Shown here: piece by piece, positions 11,501-24,326 of the stretch
Layout: each line of letters opens with the position of its first letter
Position numbering within the stretch: position 1 is the first letter of the stretch
Assembly (NCBI RefSeq): GCF_003704095.1
Contig: NW_020843829.1
Location: forward strand, 868,001 to 932,000
DNA: 64,000 nt
Direction: 5' to 3'
Source: Pocillopora damicornis
Taxonomy: Eukaryota
Made by a program: the position numbers and the translations under genes
Notes under the pieces: generated by a model
Told to the model about the DNA's origin: nothing
Seen by the model: only the letters and a program-made list of their open reading frames with translations
Databases searched by the model: none

Positions 11501-13135
11501 TCTAAGTATATCTTGTCTGGAAAAAGCGAGCTAATAGATACATTTTCATAATGAGGGGGAAGGGGGGATTTATTAGGCGAAAGTGGAAAAGTGGAGGTTG
11601 TGCGGAAACTAAAACAGTTAATTAGACGAAACCACCGAACGCAAACTCATTTTATCCGAATATTTTTGATTGAAACTTTTTACCTCTAGAAATACAAAAA
11701 TCTGTGCTAGAATACTCGCTGAAAAATATTTCCTATCAGGTAAGTGATAGGAAATATTTATTATTAAAGCAATAAATCCAGTCATTGAAAATATCCGATT
11801 TTATATCAATTATGAGTAGGATTATTAATACTCAATACACGATAATGATTGGCACACGATTAATCCTTGGGTTGGTCTGATTCTTTCCCAGGCTCTTTTC
11901 CAAGTCTATACAAGAAAACTTGTTTCGAGGCCCTGGTGACTTGTCCGACCTAGTATCCCTGAACATTCAAAGAGGACGCGAACGTGGTGTGCCTTCATAC
12001 ACAACATATCGAAACACGTTTTGTAAAATTACGCCTATAGTAAACAGCTTCGAAGATCTGCAAAAGGCTTGCATCACCCGAAAAGATATAGATAATTTGA
12101 AGTCCCAGTACCAGTCAGTCCACGACGTCGATCTTTTTGTTGGAGGTATGTCTGCACCAGCGTAATGCCGCCATTCAGCCAATTTCGATTGAGTGTTGTG
12201 AAACCAAGTCTAAAGTAATTACATCAGCCAATCAAAACAAAGCAAATCATCATAGGGAGCCAATCAGAACTCAAAAAGAAGGGAGGGGGAAAAGCAAGAA
12301 AACTGACTGTAGAACAGGAAAACGCAAGTGACGAAGTCGTCTTTGTTTGAAGTTTTTCATCTGATTGTTTAAGACGGCGACGTAACTTTTCCTGACCGGC
12401 CACAAAGAAAAGTGAATCAAAACTGACAGATGCAATCCCGGACTACTTTATAGAGTACATTTCGATTGAGTGTCGTAAATCCAAGATCAAAGCAATCACA
12501 ATTACCAATTAGTACATAGGCACATATCATAAGGAGCCATTTAGAACTGAAAGAAAAAGCAAGCAAACTGCCTCAAGCGCGGGGAAACGCGAGCTATCAT
12601 ATAAACTACAGTGTTATACAAGGATTTCTAGTCCTGCGAGCCTTTACGATTCTCATTACGAGGTACTTTGTCGGAACGTTTTCGGATTATGGCTGCTGAA
12701 ACACGTATCACTTTCAATGACAGTGACGTTCAAACTTTCCTAGAAGGGGAAAAAAACCATTATGAGAACTAGGCACAAGCTCTTTGTTTCCTTTTGCAGG
12801 ATCAAAGCCGGTGCTACCGAACCTCGCCCACTCGAGTAGCTAATCGTAACGAAGGATTCGCTTTATCATGCCTACTCCAGGATCCAAAAAAAAAAAAAAA
12901 AAACGCCAGGCACTAGGGTATATCTGTATTTCACTTTCGTTAAACTTACACAAGTGAAATAATTAAGCGCAGGAGGAGGAAGGTTTAAAACAGCGTTTGT
13001 AGTAATTGTTCCTTTGTTATGATTCTTCACAGGAATGCTGGAGCCGGCAGATTCAGAGGGAGGAGCACTAGGGAAAACCTTTCAGTGTCTATTAGCTGAC
13101 CAATTCAAACGCCTACGAAAGGGCGACCGCTTCTG
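8517..13135 (+). CDS. Heme peroxidase copy B (3' end lost in a gap): exons 8517-8989, 9636-10414, 10888-11066, 11148-11461, 11892-12145, 13033-13135+
   Basis: Signal peptide MAGRFLGASLLILIVGF. Distal WGQFLDHD, Ca-loop ITAFIDASNVYG, GDERANEN, REHNRIA, proximal AFRFGHS and LNIQRGR are all present. All introns are GT-AG and the frame is continuous. Confidence 0.92.
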
Positions 13136-13235
13136 NNNNNNNNNNNNNNNNNNNNNNNNNNNNNNNNNNNNNNNNNNNNNNNNNNNNNNNNNNNNNNNNN
13201 NNNNNNNNNNNNNNNNNNNNNNNNNNNNNNNNNNN

Positions 13236-14107
13236 GGGTTCGTGTTCTAAACATTTAAGAACCTTCCTCTTGCATATCCTTCTTCTCCTGTTCCTGAAGG
13301 AAAAAAGTGAACATAACTTGTTTATAAATAGAAATCCGCTAGAAATTCAAATACCACCACAAAAAAAGGCAAAAAGAAACGCGCCAGTAATTATAAAGGA
13401 CGATAAAGGTATCAGCAAGGTTGAGGCGCCCTGGCTAAAATTGACTTTGGCAGCTTTGGCTTAACAATTACGGTAAAAGGGTAGGCGTAAGCTCTAGATT
13501 AAAATATGTTCTCGAGAGAAAAAGTTCAGACTTTCGTTTAAAGAAAAGTTGAGGAATTATGGTTAATCTAATCCTTTGTGGGTACCTTAAAGAAAACAAA
13601 CAAACAAACAAAAAAATCGTGCGCGCTTCAGTTCTTAAGAAACCACCCCAAATCATTGAACAGGTTTTTAGCAATAGTAATTGTACTGAGTGGAGTCTAA
13701 TTCGGTTCGAATTCGGTTGAGCTGTTTGGTGCAGCAAGGTCGCTAAGGAGTTCCTGCCTAATGGAGATCATGACACCTTGAAAGATTATCAACTTTTTTA
13801 CAAAAATAAATTTTTCTCAATAAATTGCGCGCATTTTAAGATTTTAAATTTGATGTTTTTGAAAATGCAGGTTTAAGTAATTAAGCTCTGAACGTCATTT
13901 TTGTGTTCTGGTTTTGGAAACCTACCTTCTAATCTTCCATAAATCCAAGGCTTCCTTTCTGATATCTTTGGAGACGTTGGCCGACACGTTTGCTGTAGTG
14001 TAGGTGTCTCCGTCTAACCTGTCTGTGTAGTTCAAAACAGAAGAGGATCCGTGCTCAAGTACCACAACCAAGATAAGCAGCAAAGCACTGAGAAAATATC
14101 CTGCCAT
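13236..14107 (-). CDS. Heme peroxidase copy C, 5' part: short exon1 14107-13926, exon2 start 13293-13236 (runs into a gap)
   Basis: MAGYFLSALLLILVVVLEHGSSSVLN is homologous to exon1 of B and F. The exon is 182 nt (phase 2) and splices in frame to (R)NRRRICKRKVLKCLEHEP. Confidence 0.8.
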
Positions 14108-16177
14108 GTTTTCTAATGAAGAGAAAAATAAAGTAACTTGAAGTCGTCAACATTAAGGTCAATCAATTCATTATTGACATGAATTGACATTACTGTTTTT
14201 AAAATTAAACTTATAAATGTTGATAAGCTTCATTGATTTCATTTTTGCAAAATACAGTCTTGTAAAACTTGCAGTGATTCGTATAAGCGCAAAACTAGAT
14301 TGTTTCTTTGGTGGTTTCTGTGTCACAGCAACATAAAACTTGATTTCAACTTATTCTTTTAAATCGAGGTGGATAGTTTCTAAAAGAAAACCACTAAAAT
14401 TCGATCAAGGCCACTGGCGCATGAAACTTCGTTTTAGTCATGCGCATTGGGACATGAAAGTCTGAAATTATAGCAACTCTTTGCAAGTTTGACACACGCG
14501 CTGATTCAGAGCGAATTCGTAAAACTTTCCACGGAAAATCTGCATAAGAATACGTTTGGACAACTCATGTGGCGTGTTTCAAGGAATTATTGATGAAATG
14601 TATGATCAACAACCTCTTCGCTTCCGACGTCTGACCTTGGCAGTCGCCGTCGCGGATTCAAACCCCTCGTCAGATTTATGGCATGTGACAGCGAAAATAA
14701 GGAGATTTTTAATATTCTCTGACAACAAACCATTAATGTCGATATTTCCCAACTCATTCTATGGTGAAAGGATGGTGATGTGGCTACTACAAAATTGTTA
14801 ACGGCCGCGCTCTGCGATTGAGGTAAGGTTTGCTAAATATATTTGCATGAGAGAGCTGTCCGCTGTTTGCCGGTACTGACACTCGCAAATCACCCCAAAG
14901 AAGTTTCACTTAAAATACTAATGTCAGTTGTGTCTGCTTTAGAAAGCAGTCTCGTATAATCCCAATCTCCTTTCAATACGTATGCAGTTATTTGTTGCGA
15001 GCAAGGAAATTTTCTTTTCAGATTTGCATGTCTTGTGAACTCTGCCTTAAATTTCTCATTTCTGTCTGTACGGTTGCACGTTTAAGCTTAGAGAGTACAC
15101 GGAAAGTACTTTAAAACGCAGATGTAAAATATTGTGCGACAACGAGTTTGGTTCACAATTTTAAAAGCCAAGAATGATTTCTGCTTTTCATATAATTATT
15201 ATGCATGGCCTAATGACGCTTGCTTAGTTAAACTGTTCATGTTCACTTACAAGATCACTTTGGCAATCGGAAGTCCATGAGAATGTTTATTAAAATTTAT
15301 TCCTGAGGCATAAACAATTCCGTAACATTATTAGGCCGCAGAGATATAGCTAATAAAATTTAGTGCCAGGGTGTCCTCCAACAAGGAAGTCGCTGGTTTT
15401 TGGTTTGAAAGATCAATTCTAATTTCTGCGTTCCAGTGAGTTTGAAACTAACCGCCGTCGTAATGTAAGGTAAATTACAACGACATACTATATCGAAAAT
15501 AAAATCTGAAGTCGTGGGAAGGTAATCAGCAAAATACCATAGCCATCAAACGGCAGCATGCATCGTAGAATTTTCGTTGGCTAATTGGTCATTTTAACCC
15601 ATATTACGTATTAGCCTAGCATGTTTTTTTAAAGCCATTTCTTTTTCATACTCGCGAATAGAGCCGAGTGTCAGTGCTCTGATAGATCGACTTTACAACA
15701 GGCTGTTAATCAGACTAAAGACCTTCTAAGTCGTTACTGAGAAAAGCAAGGATAAAAAGTTTGCACCGTGGTACCATTGTTGCATAATGGATTGAAGAGA
15801 GCCAATTGCAATTTAATCATATTTGTGTAAAATTAATAATCTAGCTATTTATAGCTGTGTTTGTATTTTCTGTTCATTTGAATGCTGCAGTCATCACCAA
15901 TATCCTTAAAAGGGATAATTAATCCAGTGATTACGATCAGGTCCTTGATTTGAAAACAGGCCGTTCTTTTCGGATGGAAAGCAACAAAATATGGCTTAAT
16001 CTGATATCGTCTGTAACCCTTTCCGAAACCCTTCGAGATTTTTTGTTGGTCCGTTATGACGCGAGAACGATGCCTATGGAGTTAACTTAGAACATTAAGT
16101 CCTTACAGACTTAGATGATAATTAAAAGCAATTAGTATTGGTATTGATAACTAACTTAGTATCAAGTTCATTCTTAC

Positions 16178-16272
16178 CTTCAAGTCAGTTGATTCTTCAC
16201 ACTGGAACGAACAAATCACTCTAACTTTTCTAACTTAGAACTTCTTATTTTATAACTCCAAACAGGAACTCT
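16178..16272 (-). promoter_or_regulatory. Core promoter and non-coding exon of copy C (TATAAAA 16254-16248; donor after 16178)
   Basis: Reverse-complement homolog of the 7465-7566 block, upstream of exon1 on the same strand. Confidence 0.6.
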
Positions 16273-19248
16273 TAAGATTATTGTGTCTTCTGTTGTGGTC
16301 AGTTGTAAATGCCATTAAAATGACTATTTGGCACAGACAACGTGCATGTCCTCCAACAAGGAATTTGCCCTCAAAAAAATCTTTCTCGAATTTGCCGTTA
16401 TTACCATTACCTAAAGGTCTCTGCCAAATTCCGCATTCAAAGGTTAAAAAGAAACACAACAGTATTGTCAGTAATCGACACTCGGCTCTCAAGAGGAAGT
16501 CGAAGTTGAAGAAATAAAACCAGAGCAATATTGACAAATGCTGCCGAGATCAGGTTTTTGTGAGAGGCACTTAAGTCTGCAAACCCATTTTTCTTTATTG
16601 TACTCGCTATTTTGGTTATTTATCGAACAAACTTTAATGTCTTATTAACTAGTTGTATGAGTTTAGTGCATGGATGTCTTCCAAAAAGGAACTCGTTAAT
16701 TGTTTAGGGTCAATACTATTTGTCTTTATTTTTGGAAAAAGCGGCTCGTCAAAAAGGTTGCGGCTGATATTTGTTATATTTGGCTTAATTTTATTTGCAT
16801 TGCCTTGCAGTTTTCGCATTCAGGATCACTTTAGAAAGCTGAAGTACCAAAAGATGTTGACCTAAATTTAATCTTGGGTTATACATCAATTATGTAACTT
16901 TGATTTTATTGTTGTTTGAGTATAATACGTGCATGTCCTCCAACAAGGAGTGTGCAAAAAAAAAATCTATCTCAAATTTGCCATTATTACTATTGCCTAA
17001 AGGTCTCTACCAAATTCCACATTCATAGGTTAAAAAGAAACACAACAGTATAGTCAGTAATCAGTACTCGGCTCTCAAGAGGAAGTAGAAATTGAAGAAA
17101 TGTAACCAGAGCAATATTGACAAGTGCTGCCGAGATCAGGTTTTTGTAAGAGGCACTTCAAGTCTGCAAACTTTTTTGGCAGATGTGCATGTCTTGCAAC
17201 AAGGAATTTGCCATAATTACTATTACCTTCTTGGGTTATACATCAATTATGTAGCTTTGATTTTATTGTTGTTTGAGTTTAGTACGTGCATGTCCACCAA
17301 CAAGGAATTTGCAAAAAAATTGATCCATACAAAATCCGAACTTTCTACATTCAATCGTTCCCAAGTCTCAGTTACAAGATAGTGATTCTATTTATCTGCT
17401 ATTACAACGGAAATACACGCCTGAAGTACGTAAATCCATGATTGACATTACTTATTCGTGATTTACTAAAAATCCCAAGATATTTCCTGTCAACTTGGTT
17501 TTAACAGCTGTTTCTCATTATACGCCGATCAACACTTCTGTAATTTATACCCGCACGCCCTATTGCGGCACGAATGACACCTCACGCAACGTCACAGGAT
17601 GTTCCAGCCTAAACGCACACGCACAATTTCCCTAAGCAATTCCTTATCTAATTATTTCAGACATTTACTGATTTTCTATATCACGAACATTCTTACTACA
17701 AGTCTGCCATTACCGTGCTACGTTCAGTTATACACCTAAATCTTAAGTAACCCAACTGTCATCAGACCTTTAGCTTAAGTACTAAATTAGAAAGAAAGTG
17801 TCACGCGATACGCTTACAAGACTATTACGACACCATTGAATGGCAAGGAAATTCACCGTGAGCAAATCAAAAGTAGTTTTTTATAGTTGCGAGAGGGTGT
17901 TTGTTTGATGTAGTAGAGCGTATCAACTTTGTCTTTCGTCTAACGTAAAATAGAAGTCAACTAAGGTAGTTTTAGACACGCTGAAATTTGATGAGGACGT
18001 CACTCATTGAATTCGAGGCAGAAAGAGAGGAAACATAAGCAATGTATTACCGACAATAAATTTTTCCCCTAAATGCCGGAGTGTAGAGCTGTAGTTAATC
18101 TTCAACCCAACGGCAACTGCTATGGCATTTTTCGGCATAAAAGGAGTTGAGAGTTCCGTAAGGCAATCACATCCCCTGCAATCTTCAAGTACTCCACCTC
18201 TACGTACCACTGTGGCGCCCACGCTAGCCAAGAACACGAAACACGAACCGGTTGATTAACCAAAAGGTTGCACATGGGTCAAATTATTCACTGGTTTGCG
18301 GCTATTTACGGCAATTTTTCCCTAAGTTGTTACCGAAAGAGGCTGTCGAGTATGAAGTGGAAAGTTCAGATGGTCTTCAATAACAAGGGACGTGTTACTG
18401 ATGCTTGACGTTGCCGCTTTATACGAAAAACGATTTGGAGACCCATGAACCAGTAATATTACGTCTGACCACCGACCTTTTTATTTATTTTTCGCTTTTT
18501 CAATCAACTGTACTTAACTGATGTTTAAGGGGATCGAAGTTACTGAATTCAACTGTCTCGAGGTTGCACATGTGGCAAAGTGACCAAACGCTACAACAAG
18601 TTAAGGGTTAACTCTACAGTTGTATTCCCGACTACTCACTTAAACCGGTGACCAATCATAAGCCTTTCTCTTCTTTCACCAAGTTTTGCTATGAACAGAA
18701 AATCGCTTTTCAACAAGATGCTTCAATACTAAGGCGGATAGTTTAGTTCACGTAGAGTATTGACAATTAATTAATTACGAATGACAAGCATCCAATTTCT
18801 CCTCACAATATCACCCCATTTATGAAGGTCACGGGAATAGAGAGATTGATCATCAACTAAACAAGCTTTTGATTGTTAAAAATATTCTCCTTCTCAGTAC
18901 CTTAGAAGATATACCAAGAACAGTATGGAGAATATGCGTACTGATGTTATTGTGTAATGGTAAGGCAACTCATAAATCTTCTTGAACTTAGACTCTAGGG
19001 CTGATACTCGAAAAATGATCCGCTGCGCATGTAAGTTGATAGTCAATAACGAGACATTGATTGATACATCACTGAAGTTAACTTTACTACACTAATATCT
19101 GAGGCGAAATGTGGCGGGCTTCCAAAATTGATGATCTGGATAGCCTCTNNNNNNNNNNNNNNNNNNNNNNNNNNNNNNNNNNNNNNNNNNNNNNNNNNNN
19201 NNNNNNNNNNNNNNNNNNNNNNNNNNNNNNNNNNNNNNNNNNNNNNNN

Positions 19249-20964
19249 ATCTTCGAAGCTGTTTACTATAGGCGTAATTTTACAAAACGTGTTTCGATAT
19301 GTGGTGTATGAAGGCACACCACGTTCGCGTCCTCTTTGGATGTTCAGGGATATGAGGTCGGACAAGTCACCGGGGCCTCGAAACAAGTTTTCTTGTATAG
19401 ACTTGGAGAAGAGCCTGGGGAGAGAATCAGGCCAACCCAAGGATCAATCGTATGCAAATCAATATCGTGTATCGAGTAACTGATAATCCTACTCATAATT
19501 AATATTTATAAAAATAGGAATTTTCAAGAACCTTATTTATTACTTTTTGGCAGTTACGTTTCATTCTAAGTTACCTGATAGGAAATATTTTTCCAGCAAA
19601 TATTCTAGCACGGAGTTTAAATTTCTCGAGGTAAAAAGTTTGAATCAGAAGTATTTGGGTAAAATGATATTTCGTTCGATGTTTTCGTGAAATGAACTGT
19701 TTGGTTTTCGCACAACCACCACTTTTCCTCTTTCGTCTAATAACTCCTCCCTTCCCCCTTCGGATGAAAACGTATCGATTGGCTTGTTTCTTCCAGGCAA
19801 GAGATACGTACAAAACTGTTCTATCAAAAATTAATCTCCTACTTACTCACCCATCAATTTTGGCTGCTGGACTTTTAACCAAGCCTCTAAAAATGGAATC
19901 GACACCCCCGTTACACTTATCGTATAAGTAGGTTGGATTACCAAAGTCCTTTACCGGGATGGGATAGAACTCGGACTTAGAATCATTGTTACATTTGTGT
20001 TCAAAGCTATGCTGACTAAGACGTAGAAACTCCTCTTGAACCAAACTATGGCCAAATCGGTAAGCCGCCGCAGAGAAGGCTTGAGACATTTGAGCATTGA
20101 CATTAGGGTTGTAACCGTTGAAATACCGTGTTCCTTTCAGCAGAGCAAGATTGTTGTCTCTGATCTAAAAAATGAAGAAAAGAAGTCAGTTTGGAATTAG
20201 AAAAAAAACAGAGATTAAAACAGTTACTTACCGTTTTGGGGCTAAGAAGCAGTGGCAGATCTTCTTTGTATGTAATGAATTGTAATTCCGCCCCAACGAT
20301 TCTCCTAGTCTCCTGGTAAATCTGCTCCGCTTCCCATTCTGTGTTTTCATCAAAAAATGCTGCTATTCGGTTATGCTCCCGGACGAAGAGAGTATGCATT
20401 GACATGAGACCTGTTGTATCCAGGAAATATATAGCATTAGCAAGAAGATAAAAGAGCTATTTAATATAGGAGGAGATGGAAGGGCTTGCGACTGGAAGAT
20501 GTCCGAAAAATGCCCACGCAGGACACTCTCTTTATTGCTTGTCGAGTATGAGTTATTTCACGACCTGAAATGACCGAAAAGCACTTTCTCCTCGCGACAT
20601 AAGATATGGTTGACATTCAGAAGCAATAGTGTTGAGATCTTGGGACCAAAGGGGTTAAACAGAGCTTGTGTGCAATTCCAACATTTCAGTCACGTTTTAA
20701 TAGGGAAGTCTGTGTATAAGCCTTCACACCTTGAACCTTTGACAATGCGTGGTCTACATGTGTAGAAGTAACAATATTTTATAGTTTTATTGTAAATATT
20801 CGATATGAATACGTTAGACACGTCTTTGAAAAAGGTCGCTATACTACGGTCTTTTTGTCTTAATCAGAGAATCGAATGAAGGGATTTGGTGATCTCACCT
20901 TGATTCTCGTTCGTGCGCTCGTCTCCGGCTACGAAACAAGGTCTGTTAGGATCTTTTGATACGC
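19249..20964 (-). CDS. Heme peroxidase internal fragment D: exon2 end 20964-20899, exon3 20410-20232, exon4 20164-19851, exon5 19414-19249
   Basis: [29 protein letters not shown] and [10 protein letters not shown]. Exon lengths of 179 and 314 nt are identical to copy B. Bounded by gaps on both sides. Confidence 0.85.
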
Positions 20965-21064
20965 NNNNNNNNNNNNNNNNNNNNNNNNNNNNNNNNNNNN
21001 NNNNNNNNNNNNNNNNNNNNNNNNNNNNNNNNNNNNNNNNNNNNNNNNNNNNNNNNNNNNNNNN

Positions 21065-24000
21065 GGGGTGTTACATTCTTCGAGCTGATTCGAGATGCTC
21101 CCCATGAGTTTAAGGTAGAGTGTTCACCAGGACCAAGAGAGCACACCAACAACATAACAGCTTTCATCGACGCCTCCAACGTTTACGGCTCTAACGAGAT
21201 GGAGGCTGAACACCTTCGAGCACCCGACGGGACAATGAAAATTAGGACACCTCATCACGGCTGCCCCTTGAGGGATCTTTTACCTGCACAAAATGATTCT
21301 GAGATACCATGCGCATCAAAAGATCCTAACAGACCTTGTTTCGTAGCCGGAGACGAGCGCGCGAACGAGAATCAAGGTGAGGTCACCAAATAACTTCATT
21401 CGCTTCTCTAATTAAGACAAATAGACCGTGGTATATCGACCTTTTTCAAACAGGTCTATAGCGTATTCATATCGAATGTTTATAATAAAACTGTAAAATA
21501 TTGTTACTTCTACACATGTAGACCACGCAGAAGGCAGAAGGTGTCAAGACTTGTTCAGAGACGTCCCCATTAAGACGTGACTAAAATGATGAAATTGCAC
21601 ATGAGCTCTGTTTAACCCTGTTGGTCCCAAGATCTCAACACTATTGCTTCTGAATGTCTGCATAATTTTCTTACGGTATTAGTTCTTGGTAATTCGTAAA
21701 TCAAATAATATACCCTTTTTTGATATGTACGCTATATCGTCACCTTTCTACTTGAGGGAGTGCTCGTGTTGCGAGGAGAAACTGCTTTTCGGTCATTTCA
21801 GGTAATGAAATAACTCATACTCGACAAGTAATACAGAGAGTATCCTGCGCGGGTATTTGTCGAACATCTTCCTGTCTCAAGCGCTTCCATCTCCTCCTAT
21901 ATTAAATAGCTCTTTTATCTTCTTGCTAATGATATATATTTTATGGATACAACAGGTCTCATGTCAGTTCATACTCTCTTCGTCCGGGAGCATAACCGAA
22001 TAGCAACATTTTTCGATAAAAACACAGGATGGGAAGCGGAGCAGATTTACCAGGAGACCAGGAGAATAGTTGGGGCGGAATTACAATTCATTACATACAA
22101 CGAATTTCTGCCACTGCTTCTTAGCCCGAAAACGGTAAGTAACTGTATTAATCTTTGTTTTTTTTTTCGAATTCCCAACTGACTTCTTTTCTTCATTTTG
22201 TAGATCAGAGACAACAACCTCGCTCTGCAGAAAGGAACACGGTATTTTAATGGTTACAACTCTTGTATCAATGCCCAAACGTCTCAAGCCTTCTCTGCGG
22301 CGGCTTACCGATTTGGTCACAGTATGGTTCAAGAGGAGTTTTTACGCTTAAGTCAGAATGGCTTTGACCACAAATGTAGCAATGATTCTAAGTCAGAGTT
22401 CTTGCCCATCCCAGTAAAGGACTTTGGTAATCCAACCTACTTATACGATAAGTGTAATGGGGGTGTCGATTCCATTTTTAGAGGCTTGGTTAAAAGTCCA
22501 GCATCCAAAGTTGATGGGTGAGTACGAGATGAATTTTTAATTGAACATTTTTCTACGTATCTCTTGTCTGAACTGAAAAAGCGAGCCAATATTATCATTA
22601 CAGCAATAAATCCGGTTATTGAAAATATCCCATTTCCGTAATATTAATTATGACTAGGTTTGTCAGTTACTCAATACACGATATTGATTTGCATAAGGTT
22701 GATCCCTGGGTTGACCTGATTCTCTCCCCAGGCTCTTTTCCAAGTCTGTACAAGAAAACTTGTTTCGAGGCCCTGGTGACTTGTCCGACCTCGTATCCCT
22801 GAACATCCAAAGAGGACGCGAACGTGGTTTGCCTTCATACACAACATATCGAAACTCGTTTTGTAAAATTACGCCTATAGTAAACAGCTTCGAAGATCTG
22901 CAAAAGGCTGGCATCACCCAAAAGGATATAGATAATTTGAAGTCCCAGTACCAGTCAGTCCACGACGTCGATCTTTTCGTTGGAGGTATGTATGCGCCAG
23001 CGTAATGCCGCCATTCAGCCAATTTCGATTGAGTGTTGTGAAACCAAGTCTAAAGTAATTACATCAGCCAATCAAAACAAAGCAAATCATCATAGGAAGC
23101 CAATCAGAACTCATAAAGAAGGGAGGGGGAAAAGCTAGAAAACTGACTGAAGAACAGAAAAACGTAAGTGACCAAGTCGTCTTTGTTTGAAGTTTTTCAC
23201 CTGATTGTTTAAGACGGCGGCGTAACTTTTCTTGACCGGCCACAAAGAATAGTGAAACAAAACTGACAGATGCAATCCCGGACTACTTTATAGAGTGCAT
23301 TTTGATTGAGAGTCGTAATTCTTAAACCAAAGCAATCACAACTACCAATCAGTACATATCATTAGGAGTCATCTAAAACTGCAAGAAAAAGCAAGCAAAC
23401 TGCCTCAAGCGCGGGGGAACGCGAGTTATCTTATAAAATATTGTGTTGTACAAGGATTTCTAGTCCAGCGAGCCTTTACGATTCTCATTACGAGTTAGTT
23501 TGTCGGAATATTTTCGGATTAAGGCTGCTAAAACACTGAAAAATCCTTATCGCTTATAGACAGTGACGTTCAAACTTTCCTAGAAGGGGAAGAAAACCAG
23601 CATGGGAACCAGGGACAAGCTCTTTGTTTCCTTTTGCGGGATCAAAGCCGGTGTTACCGAACCTCGCCTACTCGAGTAGCCAATCATAATGAAGGATTCG
23701 CTTAATTATGCGTACTCCAGAATCCAAACAAAACAAAAAAACGCCAGGCACTGGGGCATATCTGTATTTCACTTTCGTTAAACTTACACAAGTGAAATAA
23801 TTAAGCGCAGGAGGAGGAAGGTTTAAAACAGCGTTTGTGAGTAATTGTTCCTTTTTAATGACTCTTCACAGGAATATTGGAGCCTGCAGACTCAGAGGGA
23901 GGAGCACTAGGGAAAACCTTTCAATGTCTATTAGCTGACCAGTTCAAACGCCTACGAGAGGGTGACCGCTTCTGGCATGAAAATGCACCAAACCGAAGCC

Positions 24001-24326
24001 TGGACACTGATAAAACAGCTTTTACGCGATGCCAACTGCAAGAAATAAGAAAGGTTACATTGGCCAAGATAATCTGCGACAATGCTGAGAACATTCCATC
24101 TATCCCCAAGAGGGTATTGCAACAGTCAAAGGTATTCGTGGATTGTAATAAGCTTCCCAAAATGAACCTGGATGTGTTTACACCAGATTTCAAATGTCGG
24201 CAGAGAAGGTATGCAACTATCATTGCTTTGTAAGAGACTTCACCTAAATTCCTCTCAAATTTGATTAACTGTTATTTGACTGTTATTTTTTCCAGCAGAG
24301 TCTGGTGTGACTCCTCACACCCTTAG
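21065..24326 (+). CDS. Heme peroxidase copy E, 3' part: exon2 part 21065-21376, then 21956-22134, 22204-22517, 22732-22985, 23872-24208, 24299-24326
   Basis: Catalytic motifs GDERANEN, AYRFGHS and [10 protein letters not shown] are intact. Last exon reads RVWCDSSHP* (TAG at 24324-24326). Confidence 0.88.

Noticed and set aside
13236-20964. True genomic inversion or palindromic gene arrangement
   Set aside because: Orientation changes coincide exactly with 100-N scaffold gaps
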